A stretch of DNA of 64,000 bases, taken from Octopus vulgaris (Eukaryota). The stretch lies in NCBI GenBank assembly GCA_951406725.2, contig OX597816.1, forward strand, positions 38,998,001 through 39,062,000, read 5' to 3'. Within the stretch, counting starts at the first letter, position 1. Every line of letters starts with the position of its first letter. This document shows positions 1-12,660 of this stretch, one piece after another. The notes beneath the pieces are model-generated. The model saw only the letters and a list, made by a program, of their open reading frames with translations, made no database searches and had not been told where the DNA came from. Position numbers and translations under genes: made by a program.

Positions 1-1974
1 TGATGCCTAGACAAAGGTGTGAACAACAACATACACACACACACACACACACACACAGAATTAACTTTCAGTTCCTCTCTACCATATCCACTCACAAGAC
101 TATCATTTCTTCATCATCATCATCATCATCATCATTTAACGTCCGTTTTCCGCGCTAGCACGGGTTGGACGGTTCGACCGGGGTCTGGGAAGCCAGGGGC
201 TGCACCAGGCTCCAGTCTGATCTGGCAGTGTTTCTACAGCTGGATGCCCTTCCTAACGCCAACCACTCCGCGAGTGTAGTGGGTGCTTTTTACGTGCCAC
301 CTGCACAGGTGCCAGAGGGGTCTGGCATCGGAAACCACTTCTTATGCCATGACTGGATGATCAAAGACAAAACAGCTCCTTTATTCAATGATATATCCTT
401 TATACAAGTAGTGACTCAATTATTGGGTTGTGGCCATGCTGGAACACTGTCTTCAAAGCAATCAATCCCAGTGCCTTGTCTGAAGGAGCAAAGTTGACCT
501 GAATGTTATTTGAACTCAGGACATAAAGAAGCATAACCAAATACTTCAATGTATTTGGTCTACCTATTCTGCCAAACCACAACTTCAGGTTTTTGTTTGG
601 GGTAACATTTAATTTGGTGACTTGCCTTAGCACATCTTTCTATAAAGATCTAATCTTTACTGAAACATGCTCACTCATCTTCACTCTTATATCCTACAAA
701 TGGCTGTAGAATTTATGGTTTATGTTTGGGGAATGCAGGAATTTGAATTGTATTTGAACGTTGCTGTTTAGCCTCAAATTTGACCTCATTGAACAGACCT
801 ATGATCACAGGCAATCCATCCATGCTCATCCTGCCTTTATTCATATATAGTGTAATAGAGTTAGTAGAACGTAATACGAAGATTTGACTCTTATTTCTAG
901 CTGATTGAGGCTCCCACGTTCTCTTAACCATTAGGGTGTTGTGTATTTGTGACTAATGTATATTTATTGTTATGTGTATTTTTATTTGCTTCTTTTATTT
1001 ATGGGTCATTATCATCATTGTTTAATATCCATTATCCATTCTGACATGGGTTGGACAGTTTGACAGAAACCAATGAGCCAGAAGATTATGCTTGGCTCCA
1101 ATGTCTGTATGTATGGCTATGTATATGACTGTATATGTGACTAACGTATATTTTGTAGATATGTGTGTGTATATGACTAATTTATGTTAGTAGGTGTGTG
1201 TGTGTGGACAATGTATATTTGTAGATATGTCTTTTACTTGTTTCAGTCAGTAGACTGTGGCCATGCTGGGGCACTGCCTTGAAGAATTTTAGTACAACCA
1301 ATCAACCCCAGTACTTATTTTTTAAAGCCTGGTGCTTATTCTGTTGGTCTCCTTTTCTGAACTGCTAAGTTACAGGGATATAAGCACACCAACACTGGTT
1401 GCCAAGCAGTGGCAGAGGACAAACATAGACACAAAGATGCACACACATAGATACACACACATATAAACATACATACACACACACACATATATATGTATAT
1501 ATGAGAGGTTTTGGTATCCAAAGGATCCAAAAGACAGGTAAGGCTATGTAAGTGCTACAGAAGGACTGCTGTTAGACTCCCATCATCATCATCATCGTTT
1601 AACGTCCGTTTTCCATGCTAGCATGGGTTGGACGGTTCAACTGGGGTCTGATCTGGCAGTGTTTCTACAGCTGGATGCCCTTCCTAACACCAGTTCAATA
1701 ATAATATGAGTGGGGAGTCTACCGCGAACGAACACCACATGGGATTAATATCTACATACTATCCATTTATAATAATACATACCATGGACAAGAAGCATCT
1801 TTACCCATTCTACACAGCACATTCCTTGGATAATAGAACTGCAACTGTAACATCCAACATATATTTTTATTTTTATTCTCTTATTTTCCTTTATACTTCC
1901 TACATCTCTCCCTTTCCAAAATAACTTCTTATATTTAACTCTACTATTTCCTTCTGTTTAGCTCTCTCATATCT

Positions 1975-2020
1975 TCTCTGATGATGGGATATCATTTATA
2001 TCCCTGAAACAGCTGTAAGA
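1975..2020 (+). ncRNA. Minimal type I hammerhead ribozyme motif (Penelope-type)
   Basis: UCU-CUGAUGA-U-GGGAUAU/CAUUU/AUAUCCC-U-GAAAC-AGCU-GUA-AGA. Intact core, 7-bp stem II, palindromic stem III (ACAGCUGU), 3-bp stem I. Confidence 0.75.
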
Positions 2021-2109
2021 CTACATCTCTCTTTATTAATGTCCTAGTATTTCACGCTGCCTTGGCTTTGCTGTCTCATTTTATTCAACACACACACACA
2101 CACAACAGA

Positions 2110-2537
2110 GCATCAGTGGTTGTTCTTTGCCCTCTCTTTGGTGACCGCTTCATTTCCAGGTTTGCTGACATTCCTTGCCCCCCCCCCCCTCAGTCCCCTG
2201 ATTTATCTCTGTGTGATTATTTCTTGTGGGGGAAACCTCAAGGCACATGTGTATGCACATGAGCCCTGTACATTGGACGATTTGAAGGAAGTTACTCACG
2301 TGGAAGTCGCCCAAATTGACAGAGCAATGCTGGAGAGAGTGGAGGTAAACTTCCAAGAACTCCTTCAGAAATGCATCAATGAAAACTGGCACTACATAAT
2401 GGATGTTGTTTTCCACAATTGATATTGACAAATTCTAATTCAATATGAACGCATTGATGTCAATAAAATTTGTCCGCAACTAAAATTAAGGATTTTGTGA
2501 ATTTTTCAGAAACGTCCATCCTCTCTGTCCCACCCTG
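2110..2537 (+). mobile_element. Tc1/mariner-superfamily transposon 3' remnant
   Basis: Frameshifted C-terminal transposase motif SPDLSLCDYFLWG-LKAHVY...TLDDLK...RVEVNF..CI; ends in a caccctg TIR end followed by TA. Confidence 0.8.
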
Positions 2538-3017
2538 TATGTATGTATGTATGTATGTATGTATGTATGTATGTATGTATGTATGTATGTATGTATGTAT
2601 GTATGTATGTATGTATGTATGTATGTATGTATGTATGTATGTATGTATGTATGTATGTATGTATGTATGTATGTATGTATGTATGTATGTATGTATGTAT
2701 GTATGTATGTATGTATGTATGTATGTATGTATGTATGTATGTATGTATGTATGTATGTATGTATGTATGTATGTATGTATGTATGTATGTATGTATGTAT
2801 GTATGTATGTATGTATGTATGTATGTATGTATGTATGTATGTATGTATGTATGTATGTATGTATGTATGTATGTATGTATGTATGTATGTATGTATGTAT
2901 GTATGTATGTATGTATGTATGTATGTATGTATGTATGCATGCATGCATGCATGCATGCATGCATGCATGCATGCATGCACGTACATACGTACGTACGTAC
3001 GTACGTACGTACGTACG
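2538..3017. repeat. Compound tetranucleotide microsatellite (TATG)~100-(CATG)10-CACG-TACA-(TACG)8
   Basis: Read directly from the sequence. Confidence 0.97.
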
Positions 3018-4527
3018 TATACACATATATGATAGGCTGGCTTCTTTCAGTTTCCATCTAACATATCCACTCACAACGGGTTGATCAGCATGAAGCTATT
3101 GTTGAAGACACTTGCCCAAGACACCATGTAGTTGGCAAGCAAGCTTCTTAGCACAGAGTCAAGCCTGTGCCTATGTATATGTGAATATTTGGGATTTTGT
3201 GCTTGTGTGATTAATGTATGTTTACATATTTTGTATGTATGTATGTGTGTGATTTTTGATAAAAAGTTTTAATTTGTATAGTGTATGTAAATGACATTTA
3301 ATGGTGGCATGTTTCTTGAAAGCCATTACTTCAGCACAGGTTAATTTCTGTTATTCATATACGTCTAACTTCCCAGCCATAATAGTTCATAACTGCAAAT
3401 GAGTGGAGCTCTGTAATGTTTATTTACTCATGACACAACACATGACAATAAAGCCAATGAAAGAGGCTGTACTAGCTCACATAGTAGCCTGTATATGGTC
3501 ACTTAACCTGCTAGAAATATTAGCAAAATCCCCCCTCAGACCAAATGTCACCATCAGCAGCAGCAGCAGCATTTTAGCATCCACTTTTCCATGTTTGCAT
3601 GGGTCGAGTTGAAATTTGCTGAGGCAGATTTTCTGTGACCAGATGTTATTCTTCTTGATAATTGCTTCCAAGTAAAATAATATTTTCCCATTGTTTTTTA
3701 AATATGATTAGCACAATGGTTGTGCATGTTTTTATGAAAGGTTGCAAACAAACAACATCACATGTATGATGATGACATTTGTACCTCAACACTATACCCC
3801 ACTTGACAAGACCCCCCCCCCCTCAATTGAATGGGGTATAGTGTTGAGGTATATATGAGAGAGAGAGAGAGAGAGAGATGTGAGATCAAGGTACAAGTTG
3901 AATATGAGAGAGAGAATGTGGAACAGTAAAGGTGAGTGAAGATATATGGACAGAAAGACAGTGGGCTTCTTTCAGTTTCTGTCTAACACATCCACTCACA
4001 AAGCTTTAGTCGGCCCTGTGCTATAGCAGAAGACACTTGTTCAAGGTACTGCACACTGGAATATAATCTGACATTACATGGTTGTGAAACAAACTTCTTA
4101 ACTACTCTGCCTTTAACAGGTGGGATATGAAAATCCACAGATAATGTCGTCTTTTGAAAATATGTCTTGGCTAGAATTGTTGGTCTACTGAACCCTTTAG
4201 CATTTAAACTGGCCATATCTGGCCCAAATATTTTACATGTTTTATATTCAAACTGACCATATCTAGACTCTGACATCTAACCTGCATTGACATTCTAAAA
4301 ATAACCAATCATATAATTGGAACCTCAAAACTATTAGAGAATGCATGATTAATTCAAAACAATTTGAGTATAAAAGCAATACATTTGACAAAATAATCTG
4401 AATGTTAATAGATTAATCAAAACTGACTTGGCACAAAACAGCATCAAAGAACCTAGTATCAGTGGTCCAATGCCTTATGAAGAGACACAGGATGTTTTCA
4501 GTTGTATGCAAACTATAGTGATGCTAG

Positions 4528-5793
4528 TAGGTTGTTGCAAAAATAATGACCGATTTCAGAAGCATAATTTTATTCTGGAAAAATTAATAGAAATGTTTTG
4601 ATTTGTCAAAGTATGAGCCATGAACATCTATGCATCTCTGCCATCAATCAATGAGATTATTTATGTCTCATTGATAAAAACTTATTGGTTTTGATGCTAA
4701 GAAATCTTTGAAAGCTGATTCCACCTCTGGTTTGGGCCTGAAAGTTTTATTACTTAAAAACTTGTTTAAATGCTTTAAAAATTGGTAGTCAATGAATGAA
4801 AGATCAGAATATGGAGGATGTGGTAAAGTCTCGTATCCCAAATCTGTGAGTTTCTGCAGTGTCATTCTTGCAACATGTGGATTTGCATTATTGTGGAGCA
4901 GAATTGGGCCACATCGATTCACCAATGCAGGTCACATTTTTTGCAACTGAGCATGCATTTCAGCAATTGATTGCAGTAAACCTCTGCTGTAATGCTCTTA
5001 TTGGTTTCTAGAAAGCTGTAATGGACAACTTCAATTGCATACCACCAGACAGTCACCATAATCTTTTGCTGATGCAACTTTGGCTTTAAGAAATGTTTGG
5101 AAGACTCATCACAATCAAAACATTGACCTGATTGTTTATGGTTATCATAAAGGATTCACTTTTCACCACAAGTGACTATTTGGTCAAGAAAAGGATCATT
5201 GGTGTTTCACAGAAAGAGCATCAAGCACACTTCAAAACATCGAACTTTTTGATTTTCATTGAGCTCATATGGTACCCACTTATCAAGCTTACAATCTTCT
5301 GCAAATTATGTTAGATTGTTGCAATACCAACACCAAGTGCCTAAGACATTTCTCTGACACTTTGGCGTGGGTTTTTTTCAACTGCTTTCAATTGTCCATT
5401 GTTAAGACTGCATGACTGTCCTCTACCTTCTTCATCTTCAAGGCTCTCATCACCACTATGGAATTTCTGAAATGACCTTCGTACTGTGCAATCACATGTA
5501 GACCCCTCTCCCCATGCTCTGTTGATATTGGCAGCAGTTTGGGAGGCATTGTGCCCAAGCTTGAATTCATGCAAGAAAAGTAAGCGAAGGTCCATTTTTT
5601 TGTCATGTTCATAATTAAGGGTGCTTATACTTCAAAAATGTTTTCTGTCTGAAATAAGGAGAAAATTATTAAAGTGCATACATCAATTATCAAGTATGTA
5701 GAAATTCATCTAAATATTATTAAAATACTATGATAAAATTGTGTTTCAAAACACAACACTGAGAGTGGCCTTTATTTTCAGAACAACATCATA
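4528..5793 (-). mobile_element. Decayed near full-length mariner transposon (~1.27 kb)
   Basis: N-terminal HTH (LRLLFLHEFKLGHNASQTAANINRAWGEG..TVRR.FQKF..GDESLEDEEGRG) and catalytic-domain pieces (ILLHNNANPH..LQKL..LGYETLPHPPYSDL) on the - strand, with stops and frameshifts. Degenerate TIRs gttgttgcaaaaataatgacc / ggcctttattttcagaacaac. Confidence 0.88.
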
Positions 5794-5937
5794 CTTAAGT
5801 ACACAAAATGTTCCGCTAATGACATGTACAACAAAAGTTTTGTCTGCCAAACAGGTACCTAAGGGTCAGCAACCCCACCTTCTTTTAAGAAAGAAAATGA
5901 AATTAAACATTAGAAACTAAAAACAAAAAAACAAAAT

Positions 5938-5968
<31 letters not shown>

Positions 5969-6178
5969 CCCCTCTCTCTCATACCAGACAGAAATGCTGG
6001 TCAACACAAATAACTTAATAAAAAAGATAACTAAATAAAAAGATAAGAATTAGAAAAGCTTTTTACGTAACAAAATAAACAAATATAGCTAAGTTTTTGA
6101 ATATAAAAATGTTGAATGATGTTCAGTGCACCTGCTTCAATCTTGTTATTGTGAAAATATTTTTTGTATTAGTTTGTG

Positions 6179-6220
<42 letters not shown>

Positions 6221-7387
6221 TAGATAGATACAGATATGTAAACATGTGTGTGTGTATGTATTTGTATATGTAAGCATATATTTGTGTATACATGTGTGTA
6301 TGTGTACGTGAGACCATTAAGTACATATGCAAACACATACAGTATACACACACACACACATATACATATTCTATTTTTCTAAGACTGTCACTTGGAAATC
6401 TATTTTATATCATTCTTTACTTCTAGAAATAAATCCAATATTCTTACAGCTTATTGTATGACAGTTGGCAATTATCTACTTAAGGTAAATTGTTGCACTA
6501 TAAAACTTATTTACTTTCTGACTTGAAGTAATGCCTTATGTAAACTAGATTCCTATTTTATAATAATATAGCAGTATTCAGTTTTTATTTTCATCTTTAT
6601 TTGTTTTTCTTAGTTTTTTTTTATATATATTTTATTCAATATTTTTACCTTTGAAAGAAGACACCAAATTTAATAATGTTCTTCAAATAAATCTCCTTGT
6701 ATAATCAAATACCAGAGTAAGTTGAGAAAATCTTTTAAACATTAGAATTGTTAAGACTGTCTTTAGAAAACAGAAAAATACCCATCTGGTGAAAACTGAA
6801 GTGAAATGTAAACGTGAAACAAATGTTACTAATTTATTGGGTAAGGAATAGCTTTATTCTTTTAAATTTCTTTTATATTTTGTAGGAGAAGTAGTTACAA
6901 AGGAGTAAAGATAGCTTATTTAATATTCCTTCTCAGACAAATACAATAGTTTGACTGTAGAATTATAAGGACTAAGTACTAATATATCAAATATAAATCA
7001 TTGCTGTTGATTGATGCTGTAGAACTCGTCTTTGATCAAAACATATCCTAGAAATAGACATTTAGCCTCTTGATTGAAACAAAATCACTGACCTGCAGCA
7101 CTCTTTTAGTGTTTAGAATCTTTATTACTGCAACATTTACCTGTATATTATAAGTGCAAGTTCCACAATTATTGATGGCTGAGGTTTCTTGATATGGTAT
7201 TTTTGGCTTACAAGTTGATATAGTTTATAGTATAAACATTAAAACATTGTCAGTATTTTTCCAAATCCTGCTACACTTCACATGGAAGTTTTAGTCTTCC
7301 AAAATCATCTTGGTGTATAAGTCAACCTGCCTTTTTTGGTTGTTAATTTTGGTCTGAAAAATTTGACTTGTATGCTATAGTATAATG

Positions 7388-7606
7388 CAGTGCTTTTCAA
7401 ACTTTTTGCTGGAGTGGAACCCCAAGGAAACATTCCACTGGCTCAAGGAACCCCTGTGCAATAATTTAATAGTCTTATGCACACATATCTGCACAGGAGA
7501 TTTTAAAATTACTGCCGATTTTAGCAGTTTTGTAACTTCTTGCGGAACTCCTGCACTGTACTGGCGGAACCCTAAGTTTCCGCGGAACCCTGGTTGAAAA
7601 CCACTG
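7388..7606. mobile_element. hAT-type MITE
   Basis: TIRs cagtgcttttcaa / ttgaaaaccactg; perfect 8-bp TSD gtataatg at 7380-7387 and 7607-7614. Confidence 0.88.
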
Positions 7607-7982
7607 GTATAATGTATGTATCTTAAAGGTACATGCCTTAGTGGTCAACATGTTGGGCTCACTAACATAAGGTTGTGGGTTCAATTTCTGGTTTGGATAA
7701 TACATTATGTCCTTAAGCAAGTTACTTCAATTCATGCTGCTCCTGTTTACTCAGCTGAATATGCATACAAGCTTAGTACTGGTGCAGCCCTCTTTCCGTC
7801 CATCATTGCCTTGATGCTCTACTGGGTTAAGAAGCTTAGCAAATACATAAACCTAAAACCAATGAGCAAAAGCATGGTGTGTGCTCCCAGGTCATACTCA
7901 CTTGCAAGTGAGGGCCATGGTTTTTTGGATCTTGTGCTATACTGTGTCTTACAACAGGTGTCGGTTTCTAATTCTAGGTTAA

Positions 7983-8202
7983 CCCTTTCGTTACCAACCC
8001 GGCTGAAACCGGCTCTGGCTCTGAGTACAAATGTCTTGTTTTCATAAGTTTTGAATTAAAATCTTCCACCAAACCTTAGTCACAATTTATGTTTCTAACA
8101 CTAGCTTAATGATAGCAAAGTTATTTTACTAAATTCTTTGTTATATTTAAAGTAATTGAAAGAAACACAAAGCATCTCAAAATAAATACAGTAATGAAAG
8201 GG
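7983..8202 (+). mobile_element. piggyBac-type MITE
   Basis: TTAA on both flanks; TIRs ccctttcgttac / gtaatgaaaggg; a second copy lies in the opposite orientation at 48350-48559. Confidence 0.85.
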
Positions 8203-8729
8203 TTAAGGGTACTAAACAGACAAACTCTCTAGTACTTCATTTACACATGAATTACATTTCTAAAATTGAGTTTGTCCAACCCATGCAAGCATGGAAAGCG
8301 GACGCTAATGATGATGATGATGAGTTTTTATCAAAAAATTAGAGACACTGAATTTGTTTCGTATTCTGGAAATATTTAAACACAGAGACCTTATTTGGAG
8401 TTACTGTGCATCTTGATGTGTAGGAAAACGATGGCGTTAAACACAGGCATTCCATTTTTGGTATGGTATCAACAGCTCAGTGGACCTTCCCAAAATTAAC
8501 CACTTTTCAGAATATATTCATTGTGTTTACTTAAGGCATCAGCACAAGAAATGTGATAAGTGTATACAAATGTGTGTATATGTATGTATATATATATATG
8601 TGCTTATGCATCTATGTGTTTATATACATATATATATATATGAAGTGAATGGTGTTAGGAAGGGCATCCAGCTGCAGCAACCATATAGAAGACCATACAG
8701 CTTAGTGCAGTCTTCTGATTTACCAGCTC

Positions 8730-9336
8730 CTACATATGTATGCATCTATATACATGCATGCAAGATATATATGTATATATGCATATGCATACATATATGC
8801 ATATATATACATATGTGCATATATGTATATGCGTAAATATATGCATATATATATGTGCATATGCATGTATATATATGCATATGCACATATATATGCATAT
8901 GTATATATATATATCATATATGCATATATATATATATATATATATGCATATATATATATCATATATATGCATATATGATATATATATATATGCATATATA
9001 TATATCATATATATGCATATATATATATATCATATATATGCGTATATATATATCATATATGCGTATATATATATCATATATATATGCGTATATATATATA
9101 TCATATATATGCCTATATATATATATGCATATATATATATCATATATGCATATATATATATATCATATATATGCATATATATATATCATATATCATATAT
9201 ATATATATATATATATCATATACATGCATATATATATATATATCATATACATGCATATATATATATATCATATACATGCATATATGTATATCTATATATA
9301 TGCTTATATATATATCTATATATATGCATATATATA
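8730..9336. repeat. Complex (TA)n/ATGC microsatellite
   Basis: Low-complexity TA array interrupted by GC and CA; it generates the spurious Y/I/M ORFs in the track. Confidence 0.95.
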
Positions 9337-9338
9337 TG

Positions 9339-9890
9339 GTGGCTTCCCCCTCGCTATCAAGTATGGCCATTGCACGAAGCTTAATCAATGTTGTTATCAT
9401 GCAATGCTTGTGCAAGAAAATTGTTTTTTAAAGTAAGGACAGGCTGTGCACTGAGTCAATCCCACTCACTAAGCAACAGCAGCCATAATCCAAAAAGAAG
9501 AACAAGTCAACATCATCGGTAACCACTGAGCCGCAGGTTTTATGTTGGAGTTATCCCAGTTACCTGAGTTACCTTCTCCTAGAAGGATGCCCTAACAAAG
9601 GCTAGAGTCCTTCACTCCCAATGGTTTAACCGCGCGATCGGGTATTCAGTCCGATTATTTCTATGTCCCCGTGCATGATACAGCCTTAAGACATTTATTG
9701 GATGGCCATTGACTCTCAAGAGTTCCTCCGCCCTTTGACGGGTTTTGTTTTTCATCCCGCAGGGTGTCCAATAAACACCCTCCTCACCAAGCAAGCTTGG
9801 TGGGGTTGCCGGTTTAGTCGCCGACGACCCAACCATGCAACAGGTTGTACCGGGTTACATGTTACCAGTAGCACTCGAAAGTGACCTGAC
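9339..9890 (-). mobile_element. Non-autonomous RTE-derived element (5' UTR + 3' tail), between (TA)n tracts
   Basis: The - strand carries ctagcctttgttagggcatccttctaggagaaggtaactc, resembling RTE 5'-UTR motifs, and ends ...cgagggggaagccacc before TA repeats. No ORF. Family call is from memory of RTE UTRs. Confidence 0.55.
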
Positions 9891-9916
9891 ATATATATAT
9901 ATGTATACATACATGC

Positions 9917-9967
<51 letters not shown>

Positions 9968-10079
9968 TAGTCAAAATGCGATAAAATAAATTATTATCGC
10001 CGGTGATCTAGCACAAAAGACATTTTAGCCATAGGCCATATGTTATTCATATATAAGTACATTAAAAGGCTTCCAGAAG

Positions 10080-10366
10080 AAGAAGTGAGTACTAGATACA
10101 CAAAAGTTGGATAAATTTAGTGAAATGAAAATTAAAAACCTTTACAAACTCGGTTCATCTTATACTGCAGTTTCGTCTTTTTCAGCATTAAATATAATTT
10201 ATTGCTCAGGCAGATTCATCAGTAAGACTCCTGTTATTCAAGAGTCGCATGTCAATAGAAGCATGTGCGTCTCTGAAACTGCAGTATAAGATGAACCGAG
10301 TTTGTAAAGGTTTTTAATTTTCATTTCACTAAATTTATCCAACTTTTGTGTATCTAGTACTCACTT

Positions 10367-10369
<3 letters not shown>
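10080..10369. repeat. Perfect 95-bp inverted repeat with 100-bp spacer (Penelope pLTR-like inversion)
   Basis: 10080-10174 is the reverse complement of 10275-10369. Confidence 0.93.
10158..10227 (-). ncRNA. Type I hammerhead ribozyme motif
   Basis: UCUUA-CUGAUGA-AUCU..AGCA..UGCU..AGAC-GAAAC-UGCA-GUA-UAAGA. Intact core, 5-bp stem I, palindromic stem III (ACUGCAGU). Confidence 0.75.
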
Positions 10370-10429
<60 letters not shown>

Positions 10430-11281
10430 AGATAGATAGATAGATAGATAGATAGATGTGTGTGTGTGTGTGCATATATATATATATATGTGTGTGTGCA
10501 AACTGAAATTCTGTGGTTTAGAAGGAAGAAAAAACTGGAAGGTAAGAAGACAAAAAGTAGTTGAAAATGATAGTGAGAAGAGATTAGACTATCAGGAATA
10601 AAGAAATAGAAAATTTTTAGTGGTCATAAAAAGTCAGTCTTGTCAAAAGATGACCTTTGTGAATCTATTGATTTGAGGTCATTTTATTCATTTTTCACAG
10701 TTGGTGTGGTGTGCTCTTATTTGGTCTCATATATTCACACACACACATACATCCGCATACACATGCATCTGCACATCTACACATTTGTGTATACATACAT
10801 CCATACACACACATACATATTTACTTACATACACGTCTCCAATGTGGATACATATACATAAATATCTATATGCACACACACACACACACATATATATATA
10901 TACGTATATATGCACACACACTCATATACATACTTACATAACATACATACATATATACAGACATATATATATAGCTGAAATTGCGAGGTTGATCCGGTTC
11001 TTGACTGAAGATTGAAGGCTTCGAATATCCCATCTGTGGATAGTCACTCCACTTCAATAGCGAAATTCTTTCCTAAGCCTTCGAACATTCTTTCAATCAA
11101 CGTTCCCTTCCCTCTCCACTTGTTCCCTACCTATTATTCCTTTAACCCTTCTCTTCCAACTATCTATCTTTGACGTCAATTCTTCTAACGTTTTTTTTAA
11201 AAACACTCATTATCGTTTTGTTTACTATGTAGGCAGTCATCGAAATTTTTGTTTGTCTTGTTGTCGAGAGAGGCTCCCTTT

Positions 11282-11363
11282 CTTTCCTGATGAGAAGATT
11301 GCATAATGCACCCTTTATTCCTTTGGAATGAAACCATGTTGTCTTCAAAACATATGTCGAGAG
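11282..11363 (+). ncRNA. Hammerhead motif with core mutation (GAAA>AAAA), probably inactive
   Basis: CUUUC-CUGAUGA-GAAGA...UCUUC-AAAAC-AUAU-GUC-GAGAG; palindromic ACAUAUGU; homologous to 16354-16436. Confidence 0.7.
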
Positions 11364-11564
11364 TAAAGGAATTTTGTTAACATCTTCGTTCGACTCCATT
11401 CTTTCATTTATTCATATACAACACACAAATTTCTGCACATGAACCCGGAGTTTCTACCCTTGGACAGGTCGCTTCAACCGTGTTTCTGACGGGAATTTGC
11501 TACCCAGGTTTCGGTTCAACGAATTTTCCATGCTGACGATAAACATAGGATAATTCATTCACCT

Positions 11565-11619
<55 letters not shown>

Positions 11620-11725
11620 ATATAAACTTATATTTATATTTTTATGTAAATATACATAAAAATATAGGGATATAAGTTTGTATTGATGTACACCATCTTA
11701 TGTGTGAACACACGCGCATGTACAC

Positions 11726-11799
<74 letters not shown>

Positions 11800-11801
<2 letters not shown>

Positions 11802-11952
11802 CTGTATATGTGTACGTGTCTATATGTAGATGTGAGGATGTATGTGTGTGTGTGTGTCTGTATATGTGTACGTGTCTATATGTAGATGTGAGGATGTGTG
11901 TGTGTGTGTGTGTCTGTATATGTGTACGTGTCTATATGTAGATGTGAGGATG
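11800..11952. repeat. ~56-nt minisatellite x3
   Basis: gtctgtatatgtgtacgtgtctatatgtagatgtgaggatgt repeated three times with (TG)n spacers. Confidence 0.9.
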
Positions 11953-12454
11953 TATGTGTATGTATGTATGTGTGTATGTGTATATATGACTAAATAAGGG
12001 CACACAATACCAACTGAAAAATGAATAAAATGACTTCAATAGATTCACAAAGTCATCTTTTAACAAGAGCTCAACAACTTTTTTTGACCACACCTAGAAA
12101 TATTCGATTTGTTTATTCAACTACCTTTTGCCTTCTTACCTTCCACCTTTTTACCTCTTTTCCTTCCTTTTTTCCTTTCTCCTTTCTTTCTTTTTTCATA
12201 CATGCTATTGTATTTACTTTCAGTATCTTTTTTTTTTAATATTTTTTACATCAGTTTTTCTACTCTTTATTTTTTATGTTCTATTTTAATTTTTTATTTG
12301 TATTCTTGTAAGAAAAAATCTGTTGCTATATAAACAACCTTCTAAACCACAGAATTTCAGTTTGAAAAATGGCTATTGCAAAGCTCAAAACTCATTAGAG
12401 TAACTGTAAATACTATCATTAAAATAAAAATTACCCCCACAAAAGCCATCTCTA

Positions 12455-12660
12455 CTCATTTTTACTGAGGCAGGGTCTTGCACAGACATTGCATGTCAGC
12501 ATCAAAGGAAGACCCTTCCCTTCTGGAAGTGTAATAGCGATGCCCTTCCTGACATCCCTCCTTACTTTCTCATGTGCAACTCGAGATTTCTCAAAAGTGG
12601 CTGTCCCCTCATGCACAATCCTTCTCCACCTGCTACGATCAGTAGCCATGCCTTCCCATA
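12455..12660 (-). mobile_element. RTE/BovB-like LINE C-terminal fragment
   Basis: WEGMATDRSRWRRIVHEG..FEKSR..EKVRRDVRK..LTCNVCARPC, typical of the RTE ORF end (A.DR..WR motif plus a zinc finger). Confidence 0.7.

Noticed and set aside
2460-3084. Long ORFs of MYVC/HTYI repeats (also 8740-9436, 33599-34688)
   Set aside because: Stop-free translations of microsatellites, not genes.
8431-8466. ATG-initiated MALNTGIPFL followed by gtatgg, as a possible furin first exon
   Set aside because: No signal-peptide or WAV/GF prodomain similarity; unsupported.
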